Notes: generated from the letters alone by a model not told the origin. Positions 46,426 through 56,111 are shown, numbered from the stretch's first letter. The stretch is DNA of 64,000 nucleotides from Candidatus Moraniibacteriota bacterium (GCA_026985555.1 JALSQF010000011.1:4571-68570); one strand, 5' to 3'. Numbers and translations: made by a program.

Positions 46426-49400
46426 ATGAAAATAGATAAAAAAATAACTCAAACTTTTTCTTATGGTGTGATTTATATCTATTCTATTCCACTTGATAGT
46501 CATAAAGGTAGATTGAAGATAGGTAGCACTACCATTAATTTGCAAAATCCGACACAGGCAGAAATGAAAGCCGTAGCAGACAATAGAATAAAACAACAGA
46601 CTAAAACCGCTGATATACCGTATAAATTGGAATATACAGTACTTGCGATTGATGAACAAAATAACTATTTTTCAGATTATGATGTTCATAATGTTTTGAT
46701 TCGTTCCGGATATAAAAGAAAATCGGAGAATGTTAAAAATATTCATTCAGAATGGTTTGAGGTAAGTTTAGATATTGCAAAAAAAGCCATTCAGGCAGTT
46801 AAAGAAGGACGAAAAGCTTTAACAACCGAAGAAAAGATTTCTAAATCTCAAGAAATAGTATTTTCTTTTCGTCCTAACCAACTTGATGCTATAGAAAAAA
46901 CTACTAAAGCTATTAAGAGAAATAAAAAACATTTTTTGTGGAATGCTAAAATGCGTTTCGGTAAAACAGCGGCGGCAATGCAGGTTGCTAAAGAAAATGA
47001 AATGCAAAAAGTGCTAATTGCTACGCATCGTCCTAGCGTTAAAGTTGATTGGTATGATGATTTCAATAAAATTTTAGCCAGTGCTGATTATCAATATGCC
47101 TCTAAGGATAGAGGTGAACATATTAAAACCTTATTAAAAGAAAATAAAAAATTTGTTTACTTTGTTTCGTTGCATGATTTGCGTGGCTCAAAGCGAGTAG
47201 TTGAAGATGAAGCAGCACATTCTCAGGCGGTAGGTTTTGAAAAAAATGAAGAAATTTTTGACACTGAGTGGGATATGTTTATTGTGGATGAAGCACATGA
47301 AGGAACACAAAGTAATTTAGGGAAAACCGTTTTTAGTAAGATAGTAACGAAGTTTACATTGCAACTTTCTGGTACTCCTTTTAATATTTTACACAAATAC
47401 GAAGAGGAAAATGTTTATACCTGGGATTATGTAATGGAGCAAGAAGCAAAATTAAATTGGGAAAAAAATAACCCCGGTGTTCCTAATCCTTATGCTGAAT
47501 TACCAGAATTAAATATTTTTACTTATGATATAGATCAGTTCTCAGCCCATATTGGAAATTTTGGAGGCAAATTTCATAGTGTTATGGATGGGGCATTTAA
47601 ATTTCACGAATTTTTCCGTGTAAAAAAGAATGATCAAGGCGAAGAGATTGCGGAATTTGAACATCAAGAAATGGTGAAAAAATTTTTAGACCTTTTAGTA
47701 AATGATAAGTTAAAAACAAAATTTCCATATGCTACTAAGGAATATCGTAATTACAATAAACATTCCCTTTGGCTTTTACCAAATCGTGTTAAAGTTATTG
47801 AAGCAATGGAAAAATTATTGCAAGAACATCCAGTGTTTGGATCTGGTGCTTTTGGTATTGTAAATATTTCAGGTAATGCTCCAGATTATAGTGAAGATAA
47901 AGATGCTAAGGAAAGAGTAGTTAAGGCAATTAAGGAAAATGAGTACACAATAACTTTAACAGGGCAAAGACTAACAACAGGTGCTTCTATAAAAGAATGG
48001 ACTGCTGTTTTTATGATGTCAGATACTAGTTCTGCGACCACATATCTGCAAACTGCTTTTCGTTGTCAAACACCAGCAAGAATTGATGGGAAGTTAAAAA
48101 CTAAGGGTTATGTTTTTGATTTTGCTCCTGACCGTACTTTAAAACTCATTGCTGAAGCTGTAGAGCTTAATCATAAGTCTGGCTCTATAAATTCATCGGA
48201 ACAAAAAGAAGCAATGCAAAAATTTTTAAATTTCTGTCCAATCTTAGCTGCCGAAGGAGGAAAAATGGTGCCATATGATGTGGGTGGGATGCTTAAACAA
48301 CTTAAAAAAGCTATTATCCAAAGAGTGCAACGAAATGGATTTGATGACCCAAAATTATACAACGACAATTTATTGCAATTGGACGAAATGGATGTTAGCA
48401 AATTCAATGAATTAAAAAAGATTGTTGGTGCTTCCAAATCTACACAGATAAAAGAAATAGAAATCAATAAATTGGGAATGGATGATTTGCAAAAAGCAGA
48501 ATCGGCAAGGAAAAAGAAACAGCAAGAGAGGTCATTAACAGAAGAAGAAAAGGAAGCTCTTAAAAAACTAAGGAAAGCCAGAGAAGAAAAGAAAAAAGCA
48601 ATTAATATTTTGCGAGCAGTGAGTATTAGAATGCCAATGTTGGTTTATGGTGCGGATATTTCTTTTAAAAAAGATATTTCTTTGCAAGATTTTATAGAGT
48701 TAGTTGATGATGAGTCTTGGGTAGAATTTATGCCGGATGGACTTACCAAAGAAAAGTTTAATGATTTTGTGAAATATTATGATGAAGATGTTTTTAAGGG
48801 GGTAGCGAGATCTATCCGTGCTCAAGCCCAGGATTGTGATAATCTCCCACCTACAGAAAGAGTTGAATCACTGGCAGAAATTTTTGCTACTTTTAAAAAT
48901 CCAGATAAGGAAACAGTGCTTACACCGTGGAAGGTAGTTAATATGCACATTACAGGAGTTTTTGGCGGACATAATTTTGTTAGTGGTATAAAAGACAAAA
49001 CAGGAAAGCCAATGTGGCAAAGCGGTGAAGTGGGTGAAAATATTTGGGAAAAAGATGATGTTAAAATTTTAGAAATCAATTCTAAATCGGGGCTTTATCC
49101 ACTTTTATGCGCTTATAATGTTTATACTCGTAAACTTAAAAAAGATAAAAAACTTAAAAAATCAGAAGATAAAGTTTACAAAAAAGTTTGGGATGAGGTT
49201 TTGAAAAATAATATTTATGTTTTGTGTAAAAGTCCGATGGCAAAAAGCATTACTCAAAGAACTTTAGCTGGTTATACAAATGTCAAAACAAATATTATTT
49301 ACATAAAAGATTTAATTGATAAAATGAAACAAAATGATGGCTACAAAGATTATAATTTACCTCAAGAATTATTAACCAAATTTAATTTAGATAAAAATAT

Positions 49401-50436
49401 GAAATTTACAGCAATTGTGGGAAATCCACCGTATCAAGGTGAAAACCATCAACAAATTTATCCATACTTTTATTTGCTTTCAAGAAAACTTGGAGAAAAT
49501 GTTTCTCTTATTTTTCCTACAGGTTGGCAAGAACCGAAAAATGGGAATAACTTAAGGTTACTTAATAAAAAAGAAATTAAAGAAGACCCGCAAATTGTTT
49601 TTATCAACAATAAACAAAATGTTTTTCCTGGTATTCCTGGTGCTGAATGGACTAATATTATTTTATGGAAAAAAAGATATAATAATGGACTAGACGGAAA
49701 ACAAAAAATTTACATAGAAGGGAAAGATGAAAAAATAATAAAACTTCAAACAGAAAAAAATCATGATAATAAACCAAAAGAGATTGTGGAGATGGGAAAA
49801 ATTGTTATGTCGCGAGATGATTTTATATCTATGCAAACTATCACATCAAGTTTAAAACCATATGGATTAAGAACAGATTTTTTTAATGATCCATCAAAGT
49901 ATGGTTTGCCACCAATTAAAGATAAGAAAGAACATAATGATGATATTACTATTTTTGGCTCAAAAGATAGAAATAGGAAGGTCGTGTATGCTGATAAAGA
50001 TTATCCGGTGCCCAAAAAAACCAAAGCATTTGATAAATGCAAGGTTTTTGTGCCTTATGCATGGGGTGGTGGTGATATTAGCGATTCATATTCAGATATT
50101 GTTATAGCTAAACCTTATGAAATATGCACAGAGACTTACCAGGAACAGGGGTGTTATGACGATTTTGCAATGACTCAAAAGCACGCAAAATATATCATGA
50201 CAAAATTTGCTCGCGCATTATTATATTTAAATAAGCATTCTCAACACTCAACTACCGCTTGGGGGGCGGTCCCAATTCAAAACTTTGCAGAAAAATGGTG
50301 GGATAAGAGTATAAAGGAAATTGATGAAGAATTAATGAAAAAATATAAAATACCACAAAATATAAAAGATTTCGTAATGAAAAATATTCAAGAAAAAACA
50401 GAAAAGAATATTATGAATTACAAAAATAATAGATAA
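46426..50436 (+). CDS. single-polypeptide T5orf172/GIY-YIG-like + SF2 DEAH helicase + gamma-class N6-adenine methyltransferase + C-terminal domain (Type ISP-like RM-type enzyme)
   Basis: 1336 aa. aa 13-115 GVIYIYSIPLDSHKGRLKIGSTT...EWFEV (T5orf172-like); Walker A NAKMRFGKT (aa 174-182), DEAH (288-291), SGTP (315-318), motif VI-like QTAFRCQTP; coiled-coil linker; MTase motif I ILEINSKSGLYPL (about aa 881) and motif IV IVGNPPYQG (NPPY at aa 1000-1003); about 330-aa C-terminal tail. Confidence 0.8.
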   Translation: MKIDKKITQTFSYGVIYIYSIPLDSHKGRLKIGSTTINLQNPTQAEMKAVADNRIKQQTKTADIPYKLEYTVLAIDEQNNYFSDYDVHNVLIRSGYKRKSENVKNIHSEWFEVSLDIAKKAIQAVKEGRKALTTEEKISKSQEIVFSFRPNQLDAIEKTTKAIKRNKKHFLWNAKMRFGKTAAAMQVAKENEMQKVLIATHRPSVKVDWYDDFNKILASADYQYASKDRGEHIKTLLKENKKFVYFVSLHDLRGSKRVVEDEAAHSQAVGFEKNEEIFDTEWDMFIVDEAHEGTQSNLGKTVFSKIVTKFTLQLSGTPFNILHKYEEENVYTWDYVMEQEAKLNWEKNNPGVPNPYAELPELNIFTYDIDQFSAHIGNFGGKFHSVMDGAFKFHEFFRVKKNDQGEEIAEFEHQEMVKKFLDLLVNDKLKTKFPYATKEYRNYNKHSLWLLPNRVKVIEAMEKLLQEHPVFGSGAFGIVNISGNAPDYSEDKDAKERVVKAIKENEYTITLTGQRLTTGASIKEWTAVFMMSDTSSATTYLQTAFRCQTPARIDGKLKTKGYVFDFAPDRTLKLIAEAVELNHKSGSINSSEQKEAMQKFLNFCPILAAEGGKMVPYDVGGMLKQLKKAIIQRVQRNGFDDPKLYNDNLLQLDEMDVSKFNELKKIVGASKSTQIKEIEINKLGMDDLQKAESARKKKQQERSLTEEEKEALKKLRKAREEKKKAINILRAVSIRMPMLVYGADISFKKDISLQDFIELVDDESWVEFMPDGLTKEKFNDFVKYYDEDVFKGVARSIRAQAQDCDNLPPTERVESLAEIFATFKNPDKETVLTPWKVVNMHITGVFGGHNFVSGIKDKTGKPMWQSGEVGENIWEKDDVKILEINSKSGLYPLLCAYNVYTRKLKKDKKLKKSEDKVYKKVWDEVLKNNIYVLCKSPMAKSITQRTLAGYTNVKTNIIYIKDLIDKMKQNDGYKDYNLPQELLTKFNLDKNMKFTAIVGNPPYQGENHQQIYPYFYLLSRKLGENVSLIFPTGWQEPKNGNNLRLLNKKEIKEDPQIVFINNKQNVFPGIPGAEWTNIILWKKRYNNGLDGKQKIYIEGKDEKIIKLQTEKNHDNKPKEIVEMGKIVMSRDDFISMQTITSSLKPYGLRTDFFNDPSKYGLPPIKDKKEHNDDITIFGSKDRNRKVVYADKDYPVPKKTKAFDKCKVFVPYAWGGGDISDSYSDIVIAKPYEICTETYQEQGCYDDFAMTQKHAKYIMTKFARALLYLNKHSQHSTTAWGAVPIQNFAEKWWDKSIKEIDEELMKKYKIPQNIKDFVMKNIQEKTEKNIMNYKNNR

Positions 50437-50596
50437 CTATGAATAGACAACTTTACAAAAAATACAATCTCACACAAAGAGAGATTGATTATATAGAATC
50501 AATGGTGAGGGAGATGGAGTAAATTAATTATAATAAAAATAAAAATGGCAAAAAAAAACTAAATTTTTTATTCCTATACTTTTACAAAATAAAGAT

Positions 50597-51330
50597 TTGA
50601 AAAAAATAAAATTAAACGAAGATATTATTCTGAGGCCTATAACAAAAAAAGAACAGAAAATATTTTTTGGTATAGAAGATGTTAAATTTAATTTTGTTGG
50701 TAGAGGAACTTGTATAATAGATAAAATAACAGTTTCAAAAAATAGAGGTTTATATGATTATAAATCATGGTTTCGGCATGAAATGTTGGAAAGTGACGGT
50801 GCTTTTTTTGCATCTAATTATGTTATAGAATGCAAAGACGAAAATATTGAAGATATTTTTTATGATTTAAATATAGCTTTTAATTTATTAAGTGTTACTA
50901 GTACAAAGTGTTTTATATACTTTACAGATACTAAAAATAGTGTTTCTTTTTTACATAGTGATATGATTTATGGTGGTGGTAGAAATTTTGGTTATTTAAA
51001 AATAGGTACTCAGGAATTTCATGATTTACCAATTATTTATCAGAAAATAAAAACTTTAAAAAAAATGAAAAATTAAAATTAAAATTATTCATGTTAGGAT
51101 TACACAGTGCCACAACTGATGAGCTAAAATTTTTATCATTTGTTACAGCGTTAGAAAATATGTATTTACCAAATATAAAAAATGAATTGAATTTTAGATT
51201 TGCATTAAGAATAGCACATGTTTTAGATGGTAAGATAACTAAAAAAAATAAAGAAGAATTATTTAAATTGGCAAAAAAATATATAATGAAAGAAGTAATA
51301 TTGTTCATGGAAACACAAAAAATAATATAA
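50597..51330 (+). pseudogene. hypothetical gene split by a frameshift at an A8 homopolymer (ORFs 50597-51076 and 51091-51330)
   Basis: Adding one A to the run at 51058-51065 (TTA AAA AAA ATG, i.e. A_AAA_AAA) fuses the two ORFs into one open frame of about 245 aa; downstream part has an Rx6H (RFALRIAH) motif. Confidence 0.45.
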
Positions 51331-51442
51331 ATGAAATATATGGAGAAACAGTAAATTTACTGTGGGTTTCTTTACTAGAATGGATAAATCATCCAGAAAA
51401 ATTTACGGAATCTTATTTTCAAAAAATGATATTAAAATAATT

Positions 51443-52018
51443 ATGAAAAAATACCTCTACATAATAACAAACATCTCAATGCCTGGAATTTGCAAGGTTG
51501 GGATTACTAATGATATCGAAAAGCGGTTGAGAGATTTAAATAAAACTGGCTTGCCGACACGATTTCAAGTATATGAAAAATTTGATTTACCAAATGCAGA
51601 AATTTTAGAGCAGATGATTTTGCAACATTTTGCAGAAGATAGAATTAACCGCAAGCGTGAATTTTTAAAAATTCATCCAGAAAGAATTTGTGATTTTGTT
51701 TTTGATAATAAAAATGTAAAAAATGAAAAAGAAAGTCAAGTGAAAAGTAAATTTGTAAAATTGGGTATAGAAAAAGGGGCAATTTTAAATTTTAAAGTAG
51801 GAGATGAAATTTACCATAGTATTACGGCTGAAGTAATTGATCCAAAGTCAATTCGTCCGATTAAATATAAAAATAGACAAGTTTCTCTTTCTGTTGCGGC
51901 TAAAGATATTTTGAAAGAAAAGTTTGATAAAAAATGGAAAGCAGTACAGGGAACAATCTTTTGGACATATAAAGGAAAAACAATTCGTGAATTGATGGAT
52001 AATAATGATATAATCTAA
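51443..52018 (+). CDS. T5orf172 (GIY-YIG-like) domain protein with DUF4357-like C-terminal region
   Basis: KYLYIITNISMPGICKVGITNDIEKRLRDLNKTGLPTRF...EQMILQHFAEDRINRKREFLKI fits the T5orf172/MUG113 pattern; start placed at ATG 51443 (track ORF starts 51362). Confidence 0.65.
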   Translation: MKKYLYIITNISMPGICKVGITNDIEKRLRDLNKTGLPTRFQVYEKFDLPNAEILEQMILQHFAEDRINRKREFLKIHPERICDFVFDNKNVKNEKESQVKSKFVKLGIEKGAILNFKVGDEIYHSITAEVIDPKSIRPIKYKNRQVSLSVAAKDILKEKFDKKWKAVQGTIFWTYKGKTIRELMDNNDII

Positions 52019-52154
52019 ATAATTATGAGTAAATATATTCTATAAAGAATAAATATTGGGGTATCTGGAAAAATCTTTTAAATCCACTCCTTCAAATGAT
52101 AAAGTTAAAAATCAGAATATTAGTAATAATATGTATTTATTTTCTGGATTGCTT

Positions 52155-52237
52155 TATTCTAAATATTAGAATATAAAAAGTTATATTCTAATATCTATTT
52201 GTGTTTTAGAATAAAGAGTGATATAATTCTAATATAG
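52155..52237 (+). promoter_or_regulatory. operator-like repeats upstream of fic
   Basis: Inverted repeat ATTCTAA-ATA-TTAGAAT (52155-52171) plus two direct copies of ATTCTAATAT (52186-52195, 52227-52236), 15-95 nt before the Fic ATG. Confidence 0.35.
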
Positions 52238-52251
52238 TTAATTGTAAAATT

Positions 52252-53349
52252 ATGACAAAACAACCATTTATACCACCAAAATTACCACCAAAAGTTGATT
52301 ATTCAACTTTATTGATGAAAATAGTTGAAGCAAGAGACGTTGTAGCTCGCTTTGATGAGGCTGTCAAAAAGTTGCCAAATCCTGAAATTATTCAAAGATC
52401 AATTAGAACAAAAGAGGCGGTTTTGAGTTCTCGTATTGAAGGGACGCAGGTTACTTTAAACGAAGTATTCTTTCTTGATGCTAAAGATGAGCTTAATGAA
52501 AAAACACAACAACAAATGGATTATCGTGAGGTAATAAATTATAGAAAAGCGATTGCTGTTGGAAAAAATTTATTAAAAGAAAGACCGCTTACCGAGAATA
52601 TTATTAAAGAGCTACATAAAATTTTATTAGATTCTGTAAGAGGTAAAAATAAAAATCCCGGACAGTTTCGCCGTGAGCAAGTTTATATAGGAAAGCCGGG
52701 GGTGAGTATCAATCAGGCATCTTTTATTCCTGTGCCACCGCAAGTAATCAGTGATCTTTTTTCGGATTTAGAAAAATTTTTGCATTTAGAAAAAAATATT
52801 GATCCGATTGTTCAGATTGCCATTGCACATTATCAATTTGAAGCAATACATCCGTTTGCAGATGGGAACGGGAGAGTTGGGCGTTTGATGATACCACTTT
52901 TTCTCTATGAGAAGAAAGTTACAAGTTATCCAAATATTTTTGTTAGTGAATATTTAGAAGAGCATAGGGAGGAATATTATTTACGATTAAAGAATGTGAG
53001 TGAAAAAGGCGAGTGGGTTGAATGGATTGAATTTCTTTTGGGTGCTATTATTGATCAAACAAGAAAAACACGCGGTGTGGTTCATGAGATAGAGAATCTT
53101 TATAGAGAATTGCATGATAATTCACATAAGTTTAACTCAATTTATACCGGTGCATTGATTGATGCTATATTCCAGGCTCCTCATTTTACAGTACGGAAAA
53201 TTAAAAAGATATCCGGAATTAAAAATAATCAGACGCTTTATAATTTGATTGATAAGTTTGTTGATGATGGAATTTTGGTAGACACTCTTCCTGATATTAG
53301 TCGAAATAAAATCTATAAGTTTGAAAAAATAATGCAAATTATCGCATAA
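52252..53349 (+). CDS. fic: Fic-family protein (canonical active-site motif; N-terminal inhibitory SxxxEG helix; C-terminal wHTH-like region)
   Basis: 365 aa; HPFADGNGRVGRLM matches HxFx(D/E)GNGRxxR; upstream SSRIEGTQ matches the (S/T)xxxE(G/N) inhibitory motif. Confidence 0.85.
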   Translation: MTKQPFIPPKLPPKVDYSTLLMKIVEARDVVARFDEAVKKLPNPEIIQRSIRTKEAVLSSRIEGTQVTLNEVFFLDAKDELNEKTQQQMDYREVINYRKAIAVGKNLLKERPLTENIIKELHKILLDSVRGKNKNPGQFRREQVYIGKPGVSINQASFIPVPPQVISDLFSDLEKFLHLEKNIDPIVQIAIAHYQFEAIHPFADGNGRVGRLMIPLFLYEKKVTSYPNIFVSEYLEEHREEYYLRLKNVSEKGEWVEWIEFLLGAIIDQTRKTRGVVHEIENLYRELHDNSHKFNSIYTGALIDAIFQAPHFTVRKIKKISGIKNNQTLYNLIDKFVDDGILVDTLPDISRNKIYKFEKIMQIIA

Positions 53350-53353
53350 GAAT

Positions 53354-54271
53354 ATGAAAAAATCTAATAAAAATATAGATGTTAGTGAAAATTTATTGCG
53401 TCGCACAGGAAAGATTTTGGATATTTTACTGACTGACAGGACAACGGGAAAAAGAATTATCTGGGCAACAGATTCTTATCTATATCTTGGTCCTAAATAT
53501 GCACCTGACAAAAGGATAACACCCTCGTTAATAACAGGTGGATTTAGAAAAGTTATACAACCAAGAGCGGCAAAGAGTTTGGAGGAACAGAGAAGAAGAA
53601 CTAAAGATAAGGCGGAAGTTTTTACACCTTTAAAAATAGTAGAACAAATTAATAATTTAGTAGATAAAAAACCAAATACAAAAAATTGGCAAAAATATGT
53701 ACAAGAATTAAAAATGGAAATTACTTGTGGAGAAGGTCCATTTATTTCCAGTCGTTATAACCCTACTGCACATACAAAAAAAGTCATTGCAATTAAAAAT
53801 AGAGTTGGTTTTTTGGATAAAAAATTACAAGTTGTTTCTAAATTTTGTACAAATAAAAAAGAGTGGATGTTTTGGGCAAAAGAAGCCTTTAAAGCAAGTT
53901 ATGGATTTGATTGGCAGGGTGATAATGTTTTACTTACAAGAGAGAATTTGCTTTATACATTTATTGATTTCTACGAAGACAAGTTTAGTAAGAAACCAAG
54001 TTTGAAAGAAAGGGAAGAGATAGCTAAAATTATTAGTTGGAATATTTTTCAAATGGATGGCTTAAAGTATGTGGTACCTATGAGTTGTAAAAACGAGAAG
54101 AAGATAATAAAAGGTGCAGAAACACTATTTGGAAAAGAAGAAGATAGGATTGAAGAAAAAATATGCGAAGGATGTCTTAAAAATAATTTTAAAAGACATA
54201 ATGGAACTTATGTAAAAATAAAAGATTGGAAAGAAAATAAAATTGTAAGATTTGTAGATCTTATTTTATAA
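53354..54271 (+). CDS. hypothetical protein, likely co-transcribed with fic
   Basis: 305-aa ORF starting 4 nt after fic stop; no family recognised. Confidence 0.5.
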   Translation: MKKSNKNIDVSENLLRRTGKILDILLTDRTTGKRIIWATDSYLYLGPKYAPDKRITPSLITGGFRKVIQPRAAKSLEEQRRRTKDKAEVFTPLKIVEQINNLVDKKPNTKNWQKYVQELKMEITCGEGPFISSRYNPTAHTKKVIAIKNRVGFLDKKLQVVSKFCTNKKEWMFWAKEAFKASYGFDWQGDNVLLTRENLLYTFIDFYEDKFSKKPSLKEREEIAKIISWNIFQMDGLKYVVPMSCKNEKKIIKGAETLFGKEEDRIEEKICEGCLKNNFKRHNGTYVKIKDWKENKIVRFVDLIL

Positions 54272-54298
54272 AATAAAAAAAGTTGATCTAATAATAAA

Positions 54299-55072
54299 AT
54301 GAAAAACAAAGAAGGAATTATAAAAACTAAATATTTCAATAATATAATAGAAATTTTAGAGCTATTTATGCAACTAGATAGCATAGAAGCGACTTCTAGC
54401 ATTATCAATGAAGGAAAAAAAAGAAAAGAAGTTGTTTTGATAGGCATATTATCTAGTATTGGTTTAGTATTAAAAGAGATAAAAAATTCATATAATTTGA
54501 ATAATTTATCTATTTTTTTATTAATTAGGTATATTTACGAAAGTTGCATTACTTTTCAATATATATTTATTATAGAGCCAAAAAAAACAAGAGAAAAAGT
54601 TGATGCTTTTTTTTGGTATTCAATTATGGAACATAAGAATATACTTGAAGAGGACTATTTTAATGAAAATAGCCAATGGAAAAATGCAATCAATTTTAAA
54701 AAAGGGAGGGATAAAAAAACATGGTCTGGGAAAAGTCTTTATGATATGTATAGAAAAATTGAAAAAAATTTTAAGAAAAAGTCAGGAGCAAAATATCATA
54801 AAATAATTTATAAACACTTGAGTGTGTTTTCTCACCCGACTTTATTTCAGATGGAAATTTTATTTGGTGATAATATAAAAAATAAAAAATTAATTGATAT
54901 AAATATACAATTATCTTGTGCATATATTACAGAGATATTGTATCAATTTTTTGTTGAAAGAAACGAAACAATAAAATCAGTTAAATTAACAAACAAAACA
55001 AAAGAAAAAATCATAAATACCCGTAGTCAAATACTAAAAGATTTAAAAAAATACCAGAACATCCAAGAATAA
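54299..55072 (+). CDS. hypothetical protein
   Basis: 257-aa ORF, no family recognised. Confidence 0.5.
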   Translation: MKNKEGIIKTKYFNNIIEILELFMQLDSIEATSSIINEGKKRKEVVLIGILSSIGLVLKEIKNSYNLNNLSIFLLIRYIYESCITFQYIFIIEPKKTREKVDAFFWYSIMEHKNILEEDYFNENSQWKNAINFKKGRDKKTWSGKSLYDMYRKIEKNFKKKSGAKYHKIIYKHLSVFSHPTLFQMEILFGDNIKNKKLIDINIQLSCAYITEILYQFFVERNETIKSVKLTNKTKEKIINTRSQILKDLKKYQNIQE

Positions 55073-55120
55073 ATTTTATTATATTGAATGATTTTTAAAG
55101 AAATGTTACACTAAAAATAT

Positions 55121-55846
55121 ATGAAGAAATTAATTATAACTATTATTATTTTGTTATTTACAGTGGCGGGTGGGTATTATTATTTTAATTGTCAAAAAGC
55201 AGATAAAGCTATGCAAATTTCTCCACCAAAAGCAAAGGAAAAAACTTTACCAAAACAAAATGTACCACAGGCGAATAAGACTATTCAAAAAAACATTAAA
55301 CAAACGAGCGAACAAGAATCAAATCAAAATGAGTTTCTTGTATATCAAGATGCAGATATTACCTTTAAATATCCTAAAAAAATTATAAGCACTAAACCAC
55401 AGGACAATTTTGAAATAAAAGAAGGAGCGAAATGGAAAGTTATGCGCAAGGGAGATATAATTTATATCCTTGCACCTTTTGAAGATAAAAACAAAATTAG
55501 CGATTACACTTCTTTTATGATTAAGATTTTTAACAATGCATGGGATGCGCAAAAAGAGTTTAATAAAATAGTTCCTTTATATAAAGAAAACCATAATGTT
55601 CCAGTGCCACAGTGGGGTAATAAGATGTATTCAATGACATCAGCAGGATATTATGTCGGTATATTGTCAAAGGTTGGGATTGACATGGGAATTGTAGATG
55701 ATGTATATTTTTTGGTTCCAGGAGGATTAAGTGTTCACGCACAATCTAAAAAACCAAATGAAGAACATTTTGTAGTGTATGCTCGGAGTGATATATATGC
55801 TGATTACATAAAAAATATTTTGCTTCCAAGCATAAAGAATCGGTAA
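55121..55846 (+). CDS. N-terminally anchored or secreted hypothetical protein
   Basis: 241 aa; N-terminal hydrophobic helix (LIITIIILLFTVAGGYYYF) then basic/polar linker and globular domain. Confidence 0.5.
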   Translation: MKKLIITIIILLFTVAGGYYYFNCQKADKAMQISPPKAKEKTLPKQNVPQANKTIQKNIKQTSEQESNQNEFLVYQDADITFKYPKKIISTKPQDNFEIKEGAKWKVMRKGDIIYILAPFEDKNKISDYTSFMIKIFNNAWDAQKEFNKIVPLYKENHNVPVPQWGNKMYSMTSAGYYVGILSKVGIDMGIVDDVYFLVPGGLSVHAQSKKPNEEHFVVYARSDIYADYIKNILLPSIKNR

Positions 55847-55880
55847 TTGAAAAAGACATGGTTTATGAATTTAAAAATTT

Positions 55881-56057
55881 ATGAAAAAATTATTTAGAAT
55901 TTTAGCTGTAATTATTTTTATTTTAAGCCTTATTTTGTTAATCTTTGGTTTTGGTGAAAATGGTTTTGCTATTTTACATGAATGTAGCTTTTGGGTAGTA
56001 ATTAATGCATTTTGGACTCTTGTTATTTTATTTTTACTGATAGACAGAAACTTATAA
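55881..56057 (+). CDS. small membrane protein (not in ORF track)
   Basis: 58-aa ORF MKKLFRILAVIIFILSLILLIFGFGENGFAILHECSFWVVINAFWTLVILFLLIDRNL, two hydrophobic helices. Confidence 0.3.
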   Translation: MKKLFRILAVIIFILSLILLIFGFGENGFAILHECSFWVVINAFWTLVILFLLIDRNL

Positions 56058-56111
56058 TAAGTAAAGATATAAGTTAATTTTTTGTATCTTAAAAAAAGAT
56101 AAAATAAAAAT

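Noticed and set aside
46303-46659. 118-aa minus-strand ORF
   Set aside because: Antisense to the start of the 1336-aa gene and its promoter region. Cys/Phe-rich junk translation.
50439-50522. 27-aa ORF (MNRQLYKKYNLTQREIDYIESMVREME) starting 2 nt after the fusion-enzyme stop in another frame
   Set aside because: Too short, and no frameshift route connects it to the upstream gene. Noted only as a possible remnant; insufficient evidence for a feature.
51033-51308. 91-aa minus-strand ORF overlapping the split gene
   Set aside because: Antisense to the two halves of the frameshifted plus-strand gene, whose reading frame is restored by a single A insertion.
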